A program made the translations under genes and the position numbers. This document shows positions 17,729-25,112 of a DNA stretch of 26,825 bases, one piece after another (within the stretch, counting starts at the first letter, position 1; every line of letters begins with the position of its first letter). Below the pieces are notes generated by a model. That model saw only the letters and a list, made by a program, of their open reading frames with translations. It made no database searches and had not been told where the DNA came from. Origin of the DNA: Candidatus Nomurabacteria bacterium (lineage in GTDB: Bacteria; Patescibacteriota; Minisyncoccia; Phycocordibacterales; UBA9973); assembly GCA_943356425.1 (NCBI GenBank), contig CALRFE010000001.1, forward strand, positions 1 to 26,825, read 5' to 3'.

Positions 17729-19005
17729 TGAAAGACCGCGCGCGGATAGAAAGTTCATTTTCTCAAAATCTCAAAGTCGGTTGGTTTTTGGCCAAGCGCG
17801 ACATTAAGCGCGCAAATATCTATACGACAACGCTGATTGTTTCAGTGATGATACTGACGTTTTTGAACTTGGTCGTGGTATCGGGTATTTTGGTCGGACT
17901 CATCCAGGGCTCGGAAGATGCGCAAAAAAAATATGCGATCGGTGACATTGTCATCTCGTCTTTTCTAAATAAACCGTCTATCGATCAGACGCCGGAAGTC
18001 ATAAATATTATAAAAACAATTCCCGGATATAAGAATCATTCAGTCCGTTACAGCGCATCTGCGCGTGTTGAAGCCGATTATCATAAGACGATAAAGCCTG
18101 GGGAGATCCGCGATGGTGCGGGAGCGATATTTATGGGCATTGATCCGATACAAGAAGAAAAATTTTCTGGTGTCTCAAAATTTGTCATTCGTGGATCGTA
18201 TCTGACGAGCGAGGATCAGGATCGCGTGCTCATTGGGAAAAATTTGCTCTATGAGTTCACGCCGATCGAGGCGCCAGGATTCCAAACACTCAAGAATATT
18301 ACAGTCGGTTCCCGCATCAAGATCACGGTCGCAGATGCGAGCAAGGAATATTTTGTGAAAGGCATCGTCTCTTCTAAGGTTGATGATTTCGATACGTCTA
18401 TTATCGCGCTCGATAGCGAAGTGCGAAAAATGAGCGGAAAGAACGATCTGAATGCAGGGAAGATCGCGATACAGCTCTTACCGGGAACTGATCCGGTACT
18501 TGCGCAACAATTTCTGTTGCAGAGCGGTGTTGACCGATTTGCGCGTGTGCAGACTGCCGAAGAAGCATTCCCAAAATTTTTGAAAGATATCAAAGCAACA
18601 TTCGGCATCTTAGGTTCTGCAATTTCTGGTATCGGTCTAGTTGTTGCGTCCATAACGATTTTTATTGTCATCTTTGTCAACGCCATTACCCGAAGGCGCT
18701 ACATCGGTATTTTAAAAGGGATCGGTATCCATAAGCGGGCGATCCTCTATTCATATATTCTTCAAGCGATCATCTACGCTGCGACAGGTACGTGTATCGG
18801 CATGTTCCTTTTGTTCGCGCTCATCAAGCCATATTTTGCAGCGCACCCGATCAATTTCCCGTTCTCCGATGGTATTCTTGTCGCTACAGTCTATGGTACA
18901 CTGCTCCGCGCGGGCATTTTGATGATCGCGACGCTTGTCGCAGGGTATATTCCGGCCCGGATGGTTATCAAGCAAAATACATTAGGCGCTATATTGGGAA
19001 GATAG
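17725..19005 (+). CDS. FtsX/MacB-like ABC transporter permease
   Basis: One TM, a large extracytoplasmic domain, then 3 TM; RRRYIGILKGIG motif. Overlaps the upstream stop. Confidence 0.9.
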   Translation: MMKDRARIESSFSQNLKVGWFLAKRDIKRANIYTTTLIVSVMILTFLNLVVVSGILVGLIQGSEDAQKKYAIGDIVISSFLNKPSIDQTPEVINIIKTIPGYKNHSVRYSASARVEADYHKTIKPGEIRDGAGAIFMGIDPIQEEKFSGVSKFVIRGSYLTSEDQDRVLIGKNLLYEFTPIEAPGFQTLKNITVGSRIKITVADASKEYFVKGIVSSKVDDFDTSIIALDSEVRKMSGKNDLNAGKIAIQLLPGTDPVLAQQFLLQSGVDRFARVQTAEEAFPKFLKDIKATFGILGSAISGIGLVVASITIFIVIFVNAITRRRYIGILKGIGIHKRAILYSYILQAIIYAATGTCIGMFLLFALIKPYFAAHPINFPFSDGILVATVYGTLLRAGILMIATLVAGYIPARMVIKQNTLGAILGR

Positions 19006-19044
19006 TATAAAGTTTGAATACTAAAGTCTAAAAATAACAAATAC

Positions 19045-19725
19045 ATGATAACTACAAAAGCATTAACAAAAACATTCCAAAGTGGTGATCAAAAGATCGT
19101 GGCACTTGATGCGCTTACATTTTCCGTTCCCGAAGGTCAATTTTTGACTATTACTGGAAAATCTGGATCAGGAAAATCGACACTGCTTTACCAGCTCGGA
19201 CTGCTTGATGAACCGACCTCAGGCGATGTCCTTATTGATGGAAATTCTGTCGTAAATATCAAGGAACAAGAACGTACCATGATCCGTTTGAATGATCTCG
19301 GGTATATTTTTCAAGACTATGCGATCTTGCCATCGCTCACTGCACTTGAAAATACATTGTTGCCACTCTTGATGCAAGGGCTATCACTTGCACAAGCAGA
19401 AAAAAAAGCTGCCCACGCGCTCGCGCGCGTGGGCCTAGGCGATCGTATGCACAATCTCCCGTCCGCACTTTCTGGTGGGCAACAACAGCGCGTCGCGATC
19501 GCGCGCGCGATCGGGCATGATCCAAAAATTATTTTTGCTGACGAACCGACTGCAAACCTTGATTCCGAAACATCCGAGCAGGTCATGCAGGTGTTCCTCG
19601 ATCTCAATAAAGAAGGACAGACCATTGTCATGGTCACCCACGAAGCCGACTATGCAAAGCTTGCGCATCGCACGATCACACTTGCCGATGGCAAGCTCGT
19701 GAGCGACGTGATGAATCAAAAATGA
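19045..19725 (+). CDS. ABC transporter ATP-binding protein (LolD/MacB-like)
   Basis: Walker A GKSGSGKST, signature LSGGQQQR, Walker B IIFADEPT, H-loop VTH. Confidence 0.96.
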   Translation: MITTKALTKTFQSGDQKIVALDALTFSVPEGQFLTITGKSGSGKSTLLYQLGLLDEPTSGDVLIDGNSVVNIKEQERTMIRLNDLGYIFQDYAILPSLTALENTLLPLLMQGLSLAQAEKKAAHALARVGLGDRMHNLPSALSGGQQQRVAIARAIGHDPKIIFADEPTANLDSETSEQVMQVFLDLNKEGQTIVMVTHEADYAKLAHRTITLADGKLVSDVMNQK

Positions 19726-19804
19726 TATACTAATATTTGTAAGAATTCAAACGAGTGCACGTCATAGTGTGCATGATTACAAGCTTAATAATTTTTTCTA
19801 TCAT

Positions 19805-20611
19805 ATGGAAACATCACTCTGGGGCGATCAAACAAAGAGGGTAGCGCGCATGGTCGCGATATTTCTCGGCGTCTTGTCAGTCTTTTTTATTGTAAAACTC
19901 GGTGCAGAATTGAAGGGGTATAAGCTTATCGGCTCAGGTACGACCGCAACCAACACTATTTCAGTATCCGGTTCAGGTGATGCATACGCAGTACCTGACG
20001 TCGCAACAGTATCATTTACTGTCGAGAATGAAGCAAAGACTGTTGCAGAAGCGCAGAAGACGGTGAACGATAAGATGCAAAAGGCGCTTGATTTTATAAA
20101 GAAAAACAATGTTGCAGAAAAAGATATCCAACTCACCGGTAACAGTTTTTACCCACAGTACGATTACCCGCAGATTCAATGTTTCGCGTATCCATGTCCA
20201 TCAGGTAAGCAAGTACTCCGTGGTTACCAAGTTTCGCGCTCAATTATGATCAAGATCCGTGCAATTGACGATGCGGGAAAAATTGTCGAAGGCTTGGGCA
20301 CGATCGGTGTAACGAACCTAAATGGTCCGACATTTACGCTCGATGATGAAGACGGTATCAAAGCAGAAGCACGTGGAAAGGCGATTGCTGACGCGAAAGC
20401 AAAAGCAGAAGAGCTCGCAAAAGAACTGGGCGTTCACCTTGTCCGTATTGTGAACTTCTCTGAGAACGGAAATAGTCCGTATCCATATTATGCAAAAGCC
20501 GACATGGCAATGGGTATGGGTGGAGGAACCGGTGGCGAGGTAGCCCCAGAACTTCCAAAAGGGGAGAACAAATATACTTCAAATGTTTCAGTTACCTACG
20601 AAATACGATAA
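19805..20611 (+). CDS. SIMPL (DUF541) domain protein
   Basis: TISVSGSGDAYAVPDVATVSF, ARGKAIADAKAKAEELAKELGV and C-terminal VSVTYEI. Confidence 0.92.
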   Translation: METSLWGDQTKRVARMVAIFLGVLSVFFIVKLGAELKGYKLIGSGTTATNTISVSGSGDAYAVPDVATVSFTVENEAKTVAEAQKTVNDKMQKALDFIKKNNVAEKDIQLTGNSFYPQYDYPQIQCFAYPCPSGKQVLRGYQVSRSIMIKIRAIDDAGKIVEGLGTIGVTNLNGPTFTLDDEDGIKAEARGKAIADAKAKAEELAKELGVHLVRIVNFSENGNSPYPYYAKADMAMGMGGGTGGEVAPELPKGENKYTSNVSVTYEIR

Positions 20612-20617
20612 TTGAAC

Positions 20618-20668
20618 TAGGAATAAAAAAAGACCGCTTGAGGAAGAGAGCGGTCTTTTTATTTCCTA
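20618..20668. terminator. Bidirectional intrinsic terminator
   Basis: AAAAAGACCGCT...AGCGGTCTTTTT between convergent ORFs. Confidence 0.85.
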
Positions 20669-20678
20669 AAATAAGGAT

Positions 20679-21038
20679 TTAGTTGTAACTGTGGTCCGTA
20701 ATGATGAGCGGTACCCACTCTAAATCCCGTAAATCACCGTTTAATTCGCCATGAATTTTCACGGTCTTCTTTTTGCATGGAATGCTGACGGTAATGTTCC
20801 GTTCGTCAAAAATTTTCTTGTGCGTCGGACTGTTCAATGATTGTCGGAATTTTTCTATTGAAATATGCAGTATTCCTTTTTCATCGATATGGTAGCTCGC
20901 CGGCGGAACTGCGCCAGCATAGTTCTTCTGCGAAGAAAATGTGCATTTTCGATTGATGTTCTCTTTTGATGTTAGAAGGGCAACTATGTCATTTGGAAGT
21001 TGCTTGCCAATTGTTGATGATGAACTTACGGATTCCAT
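20679..21038 (-). CDS. Hypothetical protein (about 119 aa from ATG 21038)
   Basis: The only long ORF filling the gap, and it ends at the terminator. No recognisable motif. Confidence 0.45.
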   Translation of the reverse strand: MESVSSSSTIGKQLPNDIVALLTSKENINRKCTFSSQKNYAGAVPPASYHIDEKGILHISIEKFRQSLNSPTHKKIFDERNITVSIPCKKKTVKIHGELNGDLRDLEWVPLIITDHSYN

Positions 21039-21146
21039 AACTGAAAGGTGGTTTTTGAATGTTGTAAAGAATGTTTTCCTCGGAGAGGATTGTACCACAC
21101 AGCATATCAGTGTCAATTTTCTTCCACAAGAAAACACACCACCCCG

Positions 21147-21175
21147 TTGACTTTTTTGCCCATACGGAGTACTAT
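21147..21175 (+). promoter_or_regulatory. Sigma-70 promoter of secE-nusG-rplK
   Basis: TTGACT (21147-21152), 17-nt spacer, TACTAT (21170-21175). Confidence 0.8.
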
Positions 21176-21246
21176 ATGAGTCATATAAACAGCCCCCCGA
21201 GGGCGGTTTTTAATAAGGGAGAAAATCCCAAAAACACAATAATCAT

Positions 21247-21429
21247 ATGAGTATAATCACATACATCAAAGAAACTCAATCAGAGATGAAACACGTCAAT
21301 TGGCCGACTCGTAAAGATGCGATCATGTTCACTGGTGCGGTCATCGCTATTTCAGCATTCATCGCATACTTCCTCGGAATGTTCGATACCTTGTTCTCGT
21401 TCGTATTACAAAAATTACTTTTGAAATAA
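21247..21429 (+). CDS. secE: Preprotein translocase subunit SecE
   Basis: YIKETQSEMKHVNWPTRK plus one TM helix, directly upstream of nusG. Confidence 0.96.
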   Translation: MSIITYIKETQSEMKHVNWPTRKDAIMFTGAVIAISAFIAYFLGMFDTLFSFVLQKLLLK

Positions 21430-21432
21430 TTT

Positions 21433-21981
21433 ATGTCAAAACAAGAACTACGACCGGAACGAAATTGGTATGCTATCCACACGTATGCAGGATATGAAAA
21501 CGCCGTCATGCGTAATTTGAAGCAGCGTATTGAATCACTCGGTATGCAAGAAAAAATTTTTAACGTGATCGTGCCGACCGAAAAGAAGATCAAGATCAAA
21601 GGCGGGAAGCGCGTCGAGAACGAAGAAAAAGTATATCCGGGTTATGTGCTCGTCGATATGATCGTAACTGATGACTCGTGGTATGTTGTTCGCAATACAC
21701 CGCGCGTGACCGGTTTCGTTGGAGCAGGAGTCAATCCAGTGCCACTTGAAAAATCTGAAGTTGATGCGCTCTTCAAGAATATGGACGATCAAAAAACAGC
21801 GAAGCATAACATTGATCTCATTATTGGAGAAATTGTCCGCATTGCTGATGGTCCATTTAAAGAACTTGAAGGTAAAGTTGAGACCGTTGATCAAGAGCGT
21901 GGTAAGGTCCGTGTCCTCGTTTCAATGTTCGGTCGCGAAACACCTGTCGAACTCGACTTCTTGCAAGTGAAGAAGATGTAG
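21433..21981 (+). CDS. nusG: Transcription termination/antitermination factor NusG
   Basis: WYAIHTYAGYE, YPGYVLV, VRNTPRVTGFVG and the KOW domain ending FGRETPVELDF. Confidence 0.98.
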   Translation: MSKQELRPERNWYAIHTYAGYENAVMRNLKQRIESLGMQEKIFNVIVPTEKKIKIKGGKRVENEEKVYPGYVLVDMIVTDDSWYVVRNTPRVTGFVGAGVNPVPLEKSEVDALFKNMDDQKTAKHNIDLIIGEIVRIADGPFKELEGKVETVDQERGKVRVLVSMFGRETPVELDFLQVKKM

Positions 21982-22053
21982 GGTAATATGCTCTCTGTTA
22001 CGCTATTCGCTTCAACTTCTACTTACTACTAACTATTGCTACTAACTATCCCT

Positions 22054-22479
22054 ATGGCTAAAAAAATAACCAAAAAAATCAAAGTACAAGTCCCAGCCGG
22101 AAAAGCAACTCCTGCGCCACCGCTCGGTCCTGCGCTCGGTCAGGCAGGTGTGAACATCGGTGATTTTGTCACCAAATTCAATGCTGCTACTCAAAAGATG
22201 ATCGGAGATATCGTAGGTGTCTCACTTACGGTTTACGAAGACCGCAGTTATGATTTCGTCATCAAGACTCCTCCCGTGCACGGACTCTTGCTCAAAGCAG
22301 CCGGAATTGAAAAAGGTTCAGGCAAGCCGAATACTTCAAAAGTAGGCAAGATCACCAAAGCACAGCTCAAAGAAATCGCAGAAAAGAAAATGCCTGACTT
22401 GAACGCAAAGGACATCGAAGGTGCGATGAAAATCGTCGCTGGAAGTGCCCGCCAAGCAGGAATTGAAATTAAAGACTAA
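22054..22479 (+). CDS. rplK: 50S ribosomal protein L11
   Basis: [25 protein letters not shown] and [11 protein letters not shown] 22054. Confidence 0.98.
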   Translation: MAKKITKKIKVQVPAGKATPAPPLGPALGQAGVNIGDFVTKFNAATQKMIGDIVGVSLTVYEDRSYDFVIKTPPVHGLLLKAAGIEKGSGKPNTSKVGKITKAQLKEIAEKKMPDLNAKDIEGAMKIVAGSARQAGIEIKD

Positions 22480-22482
22480 ATA

Positions 22483-22519
22483 CACAAATCCCGTTCGCCT
22501 TTGGCGAACGGGATTTGTG
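22483..22519. terminator. Hairpin terminator directly after rplK
   Basis: CACAAATCCCGTTCGCC-ttt-GGCGAACGGGATTTGTG. Confidence 0.8.
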
Positions 22520-22526
22520 GTATATA

Positions 22527-22561
22527 CTAAAAGCTATAAACTAAAACCTAATCACTAATCC
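22527..22561 (+). repeat. Five CTA-heptamers forming the leader of the MazG-like gene
   Basis: ctaaaag ctataaa ctaaaac ctaatca ctaatcc, overlapping TATACT at 22523-22528. Confidence 0.85.
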
Positions 22562-22562
22562 C

Positions 22563-22892
22563 ATGGTTGACCTCAAAAAACTCCAAGAAGAAGTCATGCG
22601 CAACAAGCTCGAAAAGGGCTTTAATACGACCGATGTCGCACTCGAATTTTGTCGTGCGCACGAGGAGCTTTCAGAAGCATTTTCAAAATTCAACAAGAAT
22701 CAAGACGGCGTTGCCGAAGAGTTCGCCGATGTCGCGATCTTTCTGCTCGGCATGTGCGAGATATTGGGGTATGACCTTGAAAAAGAATTAGTTGCAAAGA
22801 TTGAAACAAATAAGAATCGAAAATACAAAAAATCAAAATCACCAGACGGAAAAGATATTTTCATTCGAGAGCGGACGGCAATCGATCCGTAA
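22563..22892 (+). CDS. MazG-like all-alpha NTP pyrophosphohydrolase
   Basis: EELSEAF...EEFADVAIFLL acidic metal motif, followed by LEKELVAKIETNKNRKY. Confidence 0.85.
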   Translation: MVDLKKLQEEVMRNKLEKGFNTTDVALEFCRAHEELSEAFSKFNKNQDGVAEEFADVAIFLLGMCEILGYDLEKELVAKIETNKNRKYKKSKSPDGKDIFIRERTAIDP

Positions 22893-22903
22893 ACGATACA
22901 CGA

Positions 22904-22944
22904 AAAACAAAGGGATGCTTTCGCAGAAAGCATCCCTTTGTTTT
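22904..22944. terminator. Intrinsic terminator overlapping the -35 of the next promoter
   Basis: AAAACAAAGGGATGCTTTC-gca-GAAAGCATCCCTTTGTTTT. Confidence 0.85.
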
Positions 22945-22971
22945 GACTTTTGTTATAAATAAAGGTATGGT
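22943..22971 (+). promoter_or_regulatory. Sigma-70 promoter of the nucleotidase gene
   Basis: TTGACT (22943-22948), 17-nt spacer, TATGGT (22966-22971). Confidence 0.6.
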
Positions 22972-22991
22972 GAGAAAAAATTCTTATCATA

Positions 22992-23684
22992 ATGAAGTAC
23001 ATATACAAGAATACGCTTGCGGGCGTCGACATGGACATGGTCCTCACTAATTGGGATGATCCAAAAGGATCATTTATCAATCATTGGAAAACGCATTTCG
23101 GAGACCTAAAATACTTGGGTGTCAAGAAAAGCGCCGTTTGGGATATCGCACAATTGTTTCCGGGGCATGAAAAGAGGCTGGATGATTTTTTCATGAATCC
23201 GCCGCGCGGTTTTTATCTGAATTTACGACCGATGCCGGGAGCGATCGCTGCTGTGAAAAAAATGATGGAAACGATGGAAGTTGTTGCCGTCACTACTCCG
23301 GTCTATGAAGCTGATGATCATACGCTCTCGCTCAATGAGCTTGAGAGTCGTGATCGGCTCTGGTGCCAGGTCGTTGAAGAAAAAAAGGAATGGTTGCGAA
23401 AATATTTCGGCAAAGATGCACCGGTCTTAAATCCGCTCTCTGACAAGACGCTCGCGCATGTTGATTTTCTTATTGACGACAAACCATCTGCCGGACAGAT
23501 CAAACGCAATCATCCCAGTTGGATACATGTGCTCTATGATGATGATTTCTTGTTCAATAAAAATGCAAAGAACCGCTTCAGATTAAATTGGAGGACATGG
23601 GAAGATGTCATGCCTGGCATCTTGAAAGAAGTTGAACGAAGAAAAAAACTTCGCGCGTTCTTTGACCCGCTCGGTCATGCATAA
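22992..23684 (+). CDS. HAD-superfamily 5'(3')-deoxyribonucleotidase (NT5C-like)
   Basis: Motif I VDMDMVL; FYLNLRPMPGA; VTTP; DKT; motif IV LIDDKP; RLNWRTW. Confidence 0.85.
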   Translation: MKYIYKNTLAGVDMDMVLTNWDDPKGSFINHWKTHFGDLKYLGVKKSAVWDIAQLFPGHEKRLDDFFMNPPRGFYLNLRPMPGAIAAVKKMMETMEVVAVTTPVYEADDHTLSLNELESRDRLWCQVVEEKKEWLRKYFGKDAPVLNPLSDKTLAHVDFLIDDKPSAGQIKRNHPSWIHVLYDDDFLFNKNAKNRFRLNWRTWEDVMPGILKEVERRKKLRAFFDPLGHA

Positions 23685-23702
23685 AATAATTTTAGATCAA
23701 AG

Positions 23703-23734
23703 AAAAAGCTCTGAGAATATTCTCAGAGCTTTTT
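23703..23734. terminator. 32-bp perfect palindrome, bidirectional terminator overlapping the DHFR stop codon
   Basis: AAAAAGCTCTGAGAAT|ATTCTCAGAGCTTTTT. Confidence 0.8.
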
Positions 23735-24250
23735 TTCATACGTGACGAATGTGTATGGGTAAGGATTTTTTTCGTCACTCGGAAATTTTTCTTCATGTGA
23801 TTTTTCCCATTTGCGCAGATCGATCTCAGGGAAAAAGGTATCTGCGGGAAGTTTTGCGTCCACATGCGTGATGTAGAGCCGGTCGGCGTAGGGAAGTGCT
23901 TCTTCATAAACATGTCCGCCGCCGATAATGAAGATTTCTGATTCTGCAGAATCATGTCGCGCAATGTCCTTTGAAGCGCGACTTTTTGTGTATCGTTCAA
24001 TCGCTTCTTCAAGAGAATGCACAATAATGACACCTTCGCGGAAATACTGCGGATCGCGTGTGATGATAATATTTTCACGATTCGGAAGCGCTCGGCCGAT
24101 GGATTCGAACGTTTTTCGTCCCATGATCACTGGATGACCGCTCGTCGTCTCGCGAAAGTGCTTCATGTCCGCAGGCATCTGCCAGAGGAGCTGGTTATCC
24201 TTGCCGAGTTCGTTATTTTGTCCGATGGCTGCAATTATTGAGAGGATCAT
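23723..24250 (-). CDS. folA: Dihydrofolate reductase
   Basis: LGKDNQLLWQMPADMKHFRETT, VIMGRKTFESIGRALPNRENI, FIIGGG and ADTFFP. The start overlaps the stop of the TS-like gene (ATGA). Confidence 0.97.
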   Translation of the reverse strand: MILSIIAAIGQNNELGKDNQLLWQMPADMKHFRETTSGHPVIMGRKTFESIGRALPNRENIIITRDPQYFREGVIIVHSLEEAIERYTKSRASKDIARHDSAESEIFIIGGGHVYEEALPYADRLYITHVDAKLPADTFFPEIDLRKWEKSHEEKFPSDEKNPYPYTFVTYEKKL

Positions 24251-25083
24251 ACGGCGATACTTAAGCCTTCTATTTGTGGTAATGGATTATACTGCGCCAT
24301 AAGCGGTTCAAGAATTTCCGGCACTAAAGCTTCGTCCATGTTGCACGCGCGATCGTAAGCATTTTCGGGGAGTTTGAGCATGATATTTGTGTGATCATTA
24401 GTTCGACTGACGAGCTCTTTCGCGCCTTCGTAATGATTGTCATAAATATGCGCATTTGAAATTGAGTGCGTGTAAATACCGGGACGGACGCCGAGTTTCT
24501 GAGCGAGAATATTTGCAAGGAGTGAGAAGCCGAGCGTATCGAATGGACAGCCGAGCATCATGTCATTCGAACGGATGATGTTGTGCAGATGTAATCGTCC
24601 GCCAATAATATTTACCGTCCAAGTATATGGGCACGGAACATTTTTTTTAGGAATGCCGCCATAACCATCTTCGCGCGGGTCCCACGTGACGACGACGCCG
24701 TGACGAGATGACGGATCTGCAGTCAAAAGTTTTACCAGTGCATCGAGCTGATCTCTGCCAAATGCATGGCGCCAACGCCAGCCGTATGCCGCTGCAAGTG
24801 TGCCATCGGATTCGAGAAACGGGTCCCACATTTTTGTAAATTTACGCAAGAATTCGTCTGGCTTTTTTGAGCCGCTGATGAACCAGAGTGTTTCGGCAAT
24901 AGGGGACTTTAACGGATTTTTACGGAGCGTGAGGATCGGCAGACCATCTTTTTCAAGATCGATCGAAAAGGTTATCCCAGGAAGTGCCTTGGTTTTTTTA
25001 CCAGTGCGGACGTTCAACTCCTCAATGCCTTCATCAAGAATTTTCCGGATCAAGTCTTTGTACACCTGGTCAAACTTTGTCAT
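24247..25083 (-). CDS. Thymidylate-synthase-family protein with Asp at the Asn177-equivalent site (candidate dCMP methylase)
   Basis: RTG, ETLWF, YGWRWR, catalytic PC151, RSNDMMLGCPFD182 and NAHIY. The thyA symbol is withheld because the specificity residue is not the dUMP-type Asn. Confidence 0.9.
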   Translation of the reverse strand: MTKFDQVYKDLIRKILDEGIEELNVRTGKKTKALPGITFSIDLEKDGLPILTLRKNPLKSPIAETLWFISGSKKPDEFLRKFTKMWDPFLESDGTLAAAYGWRWRHAFGRDQLDALVKLLTADPSSRHGVVVTWDPREDGYGGIPKKNVPCPYTWTVNIIGGRLHLHNIIRSNDMMLGCPFDTLGFSLLANILAQKLGVRPGIYTHSISNAHIYDNHYEGAKELVSRTNDHTNIMLKLPENAYDRACNMDEALVPEILEPLMAQYNPLPQIEGLSIAV

Positions 25084-25090
25084 ATCCTGT

Positions 25091-25098
25091 AGTATACT
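25091..25098. promoter_or_regulatory. Palindromic AGTATACT giving a TATACT -10 on both strands
   Basis: Lies in the 29-nt gap between divergent ATGs, 7 nt from 25083 and 14 nt from 25113. Confidence 0.6.
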
Positions 25099-25112
25099 TA
25101 AAAAACGCCATT

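Noticed and set aside
21176-21250. 24-codon upstream ORF whose TGA overlaps the secE ATG
   Set aside because: Its ATG begins immediately after the -10 hexamer, before the expected transcription start, so it is probably not on the mRNA.
24247-25083. Phage-type dCMP hydroxymethylase / DNA hypermodification cassette
   Set aside because: Not favoured. The context is chromosomal housekeeping, the gene is coupled to DHFR, and there is no glycosyltransferase, kinase or polymerase nearby. It is kept only as an alternative to be excluded biochemically.
24984-25112. 43-aa N-terminal extension of the deaminase ORF given in the track
   Set aside because: It overlaps the TS-like gene on the opposite strand. 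The promoter and family-like sequence start at ATG 25113.
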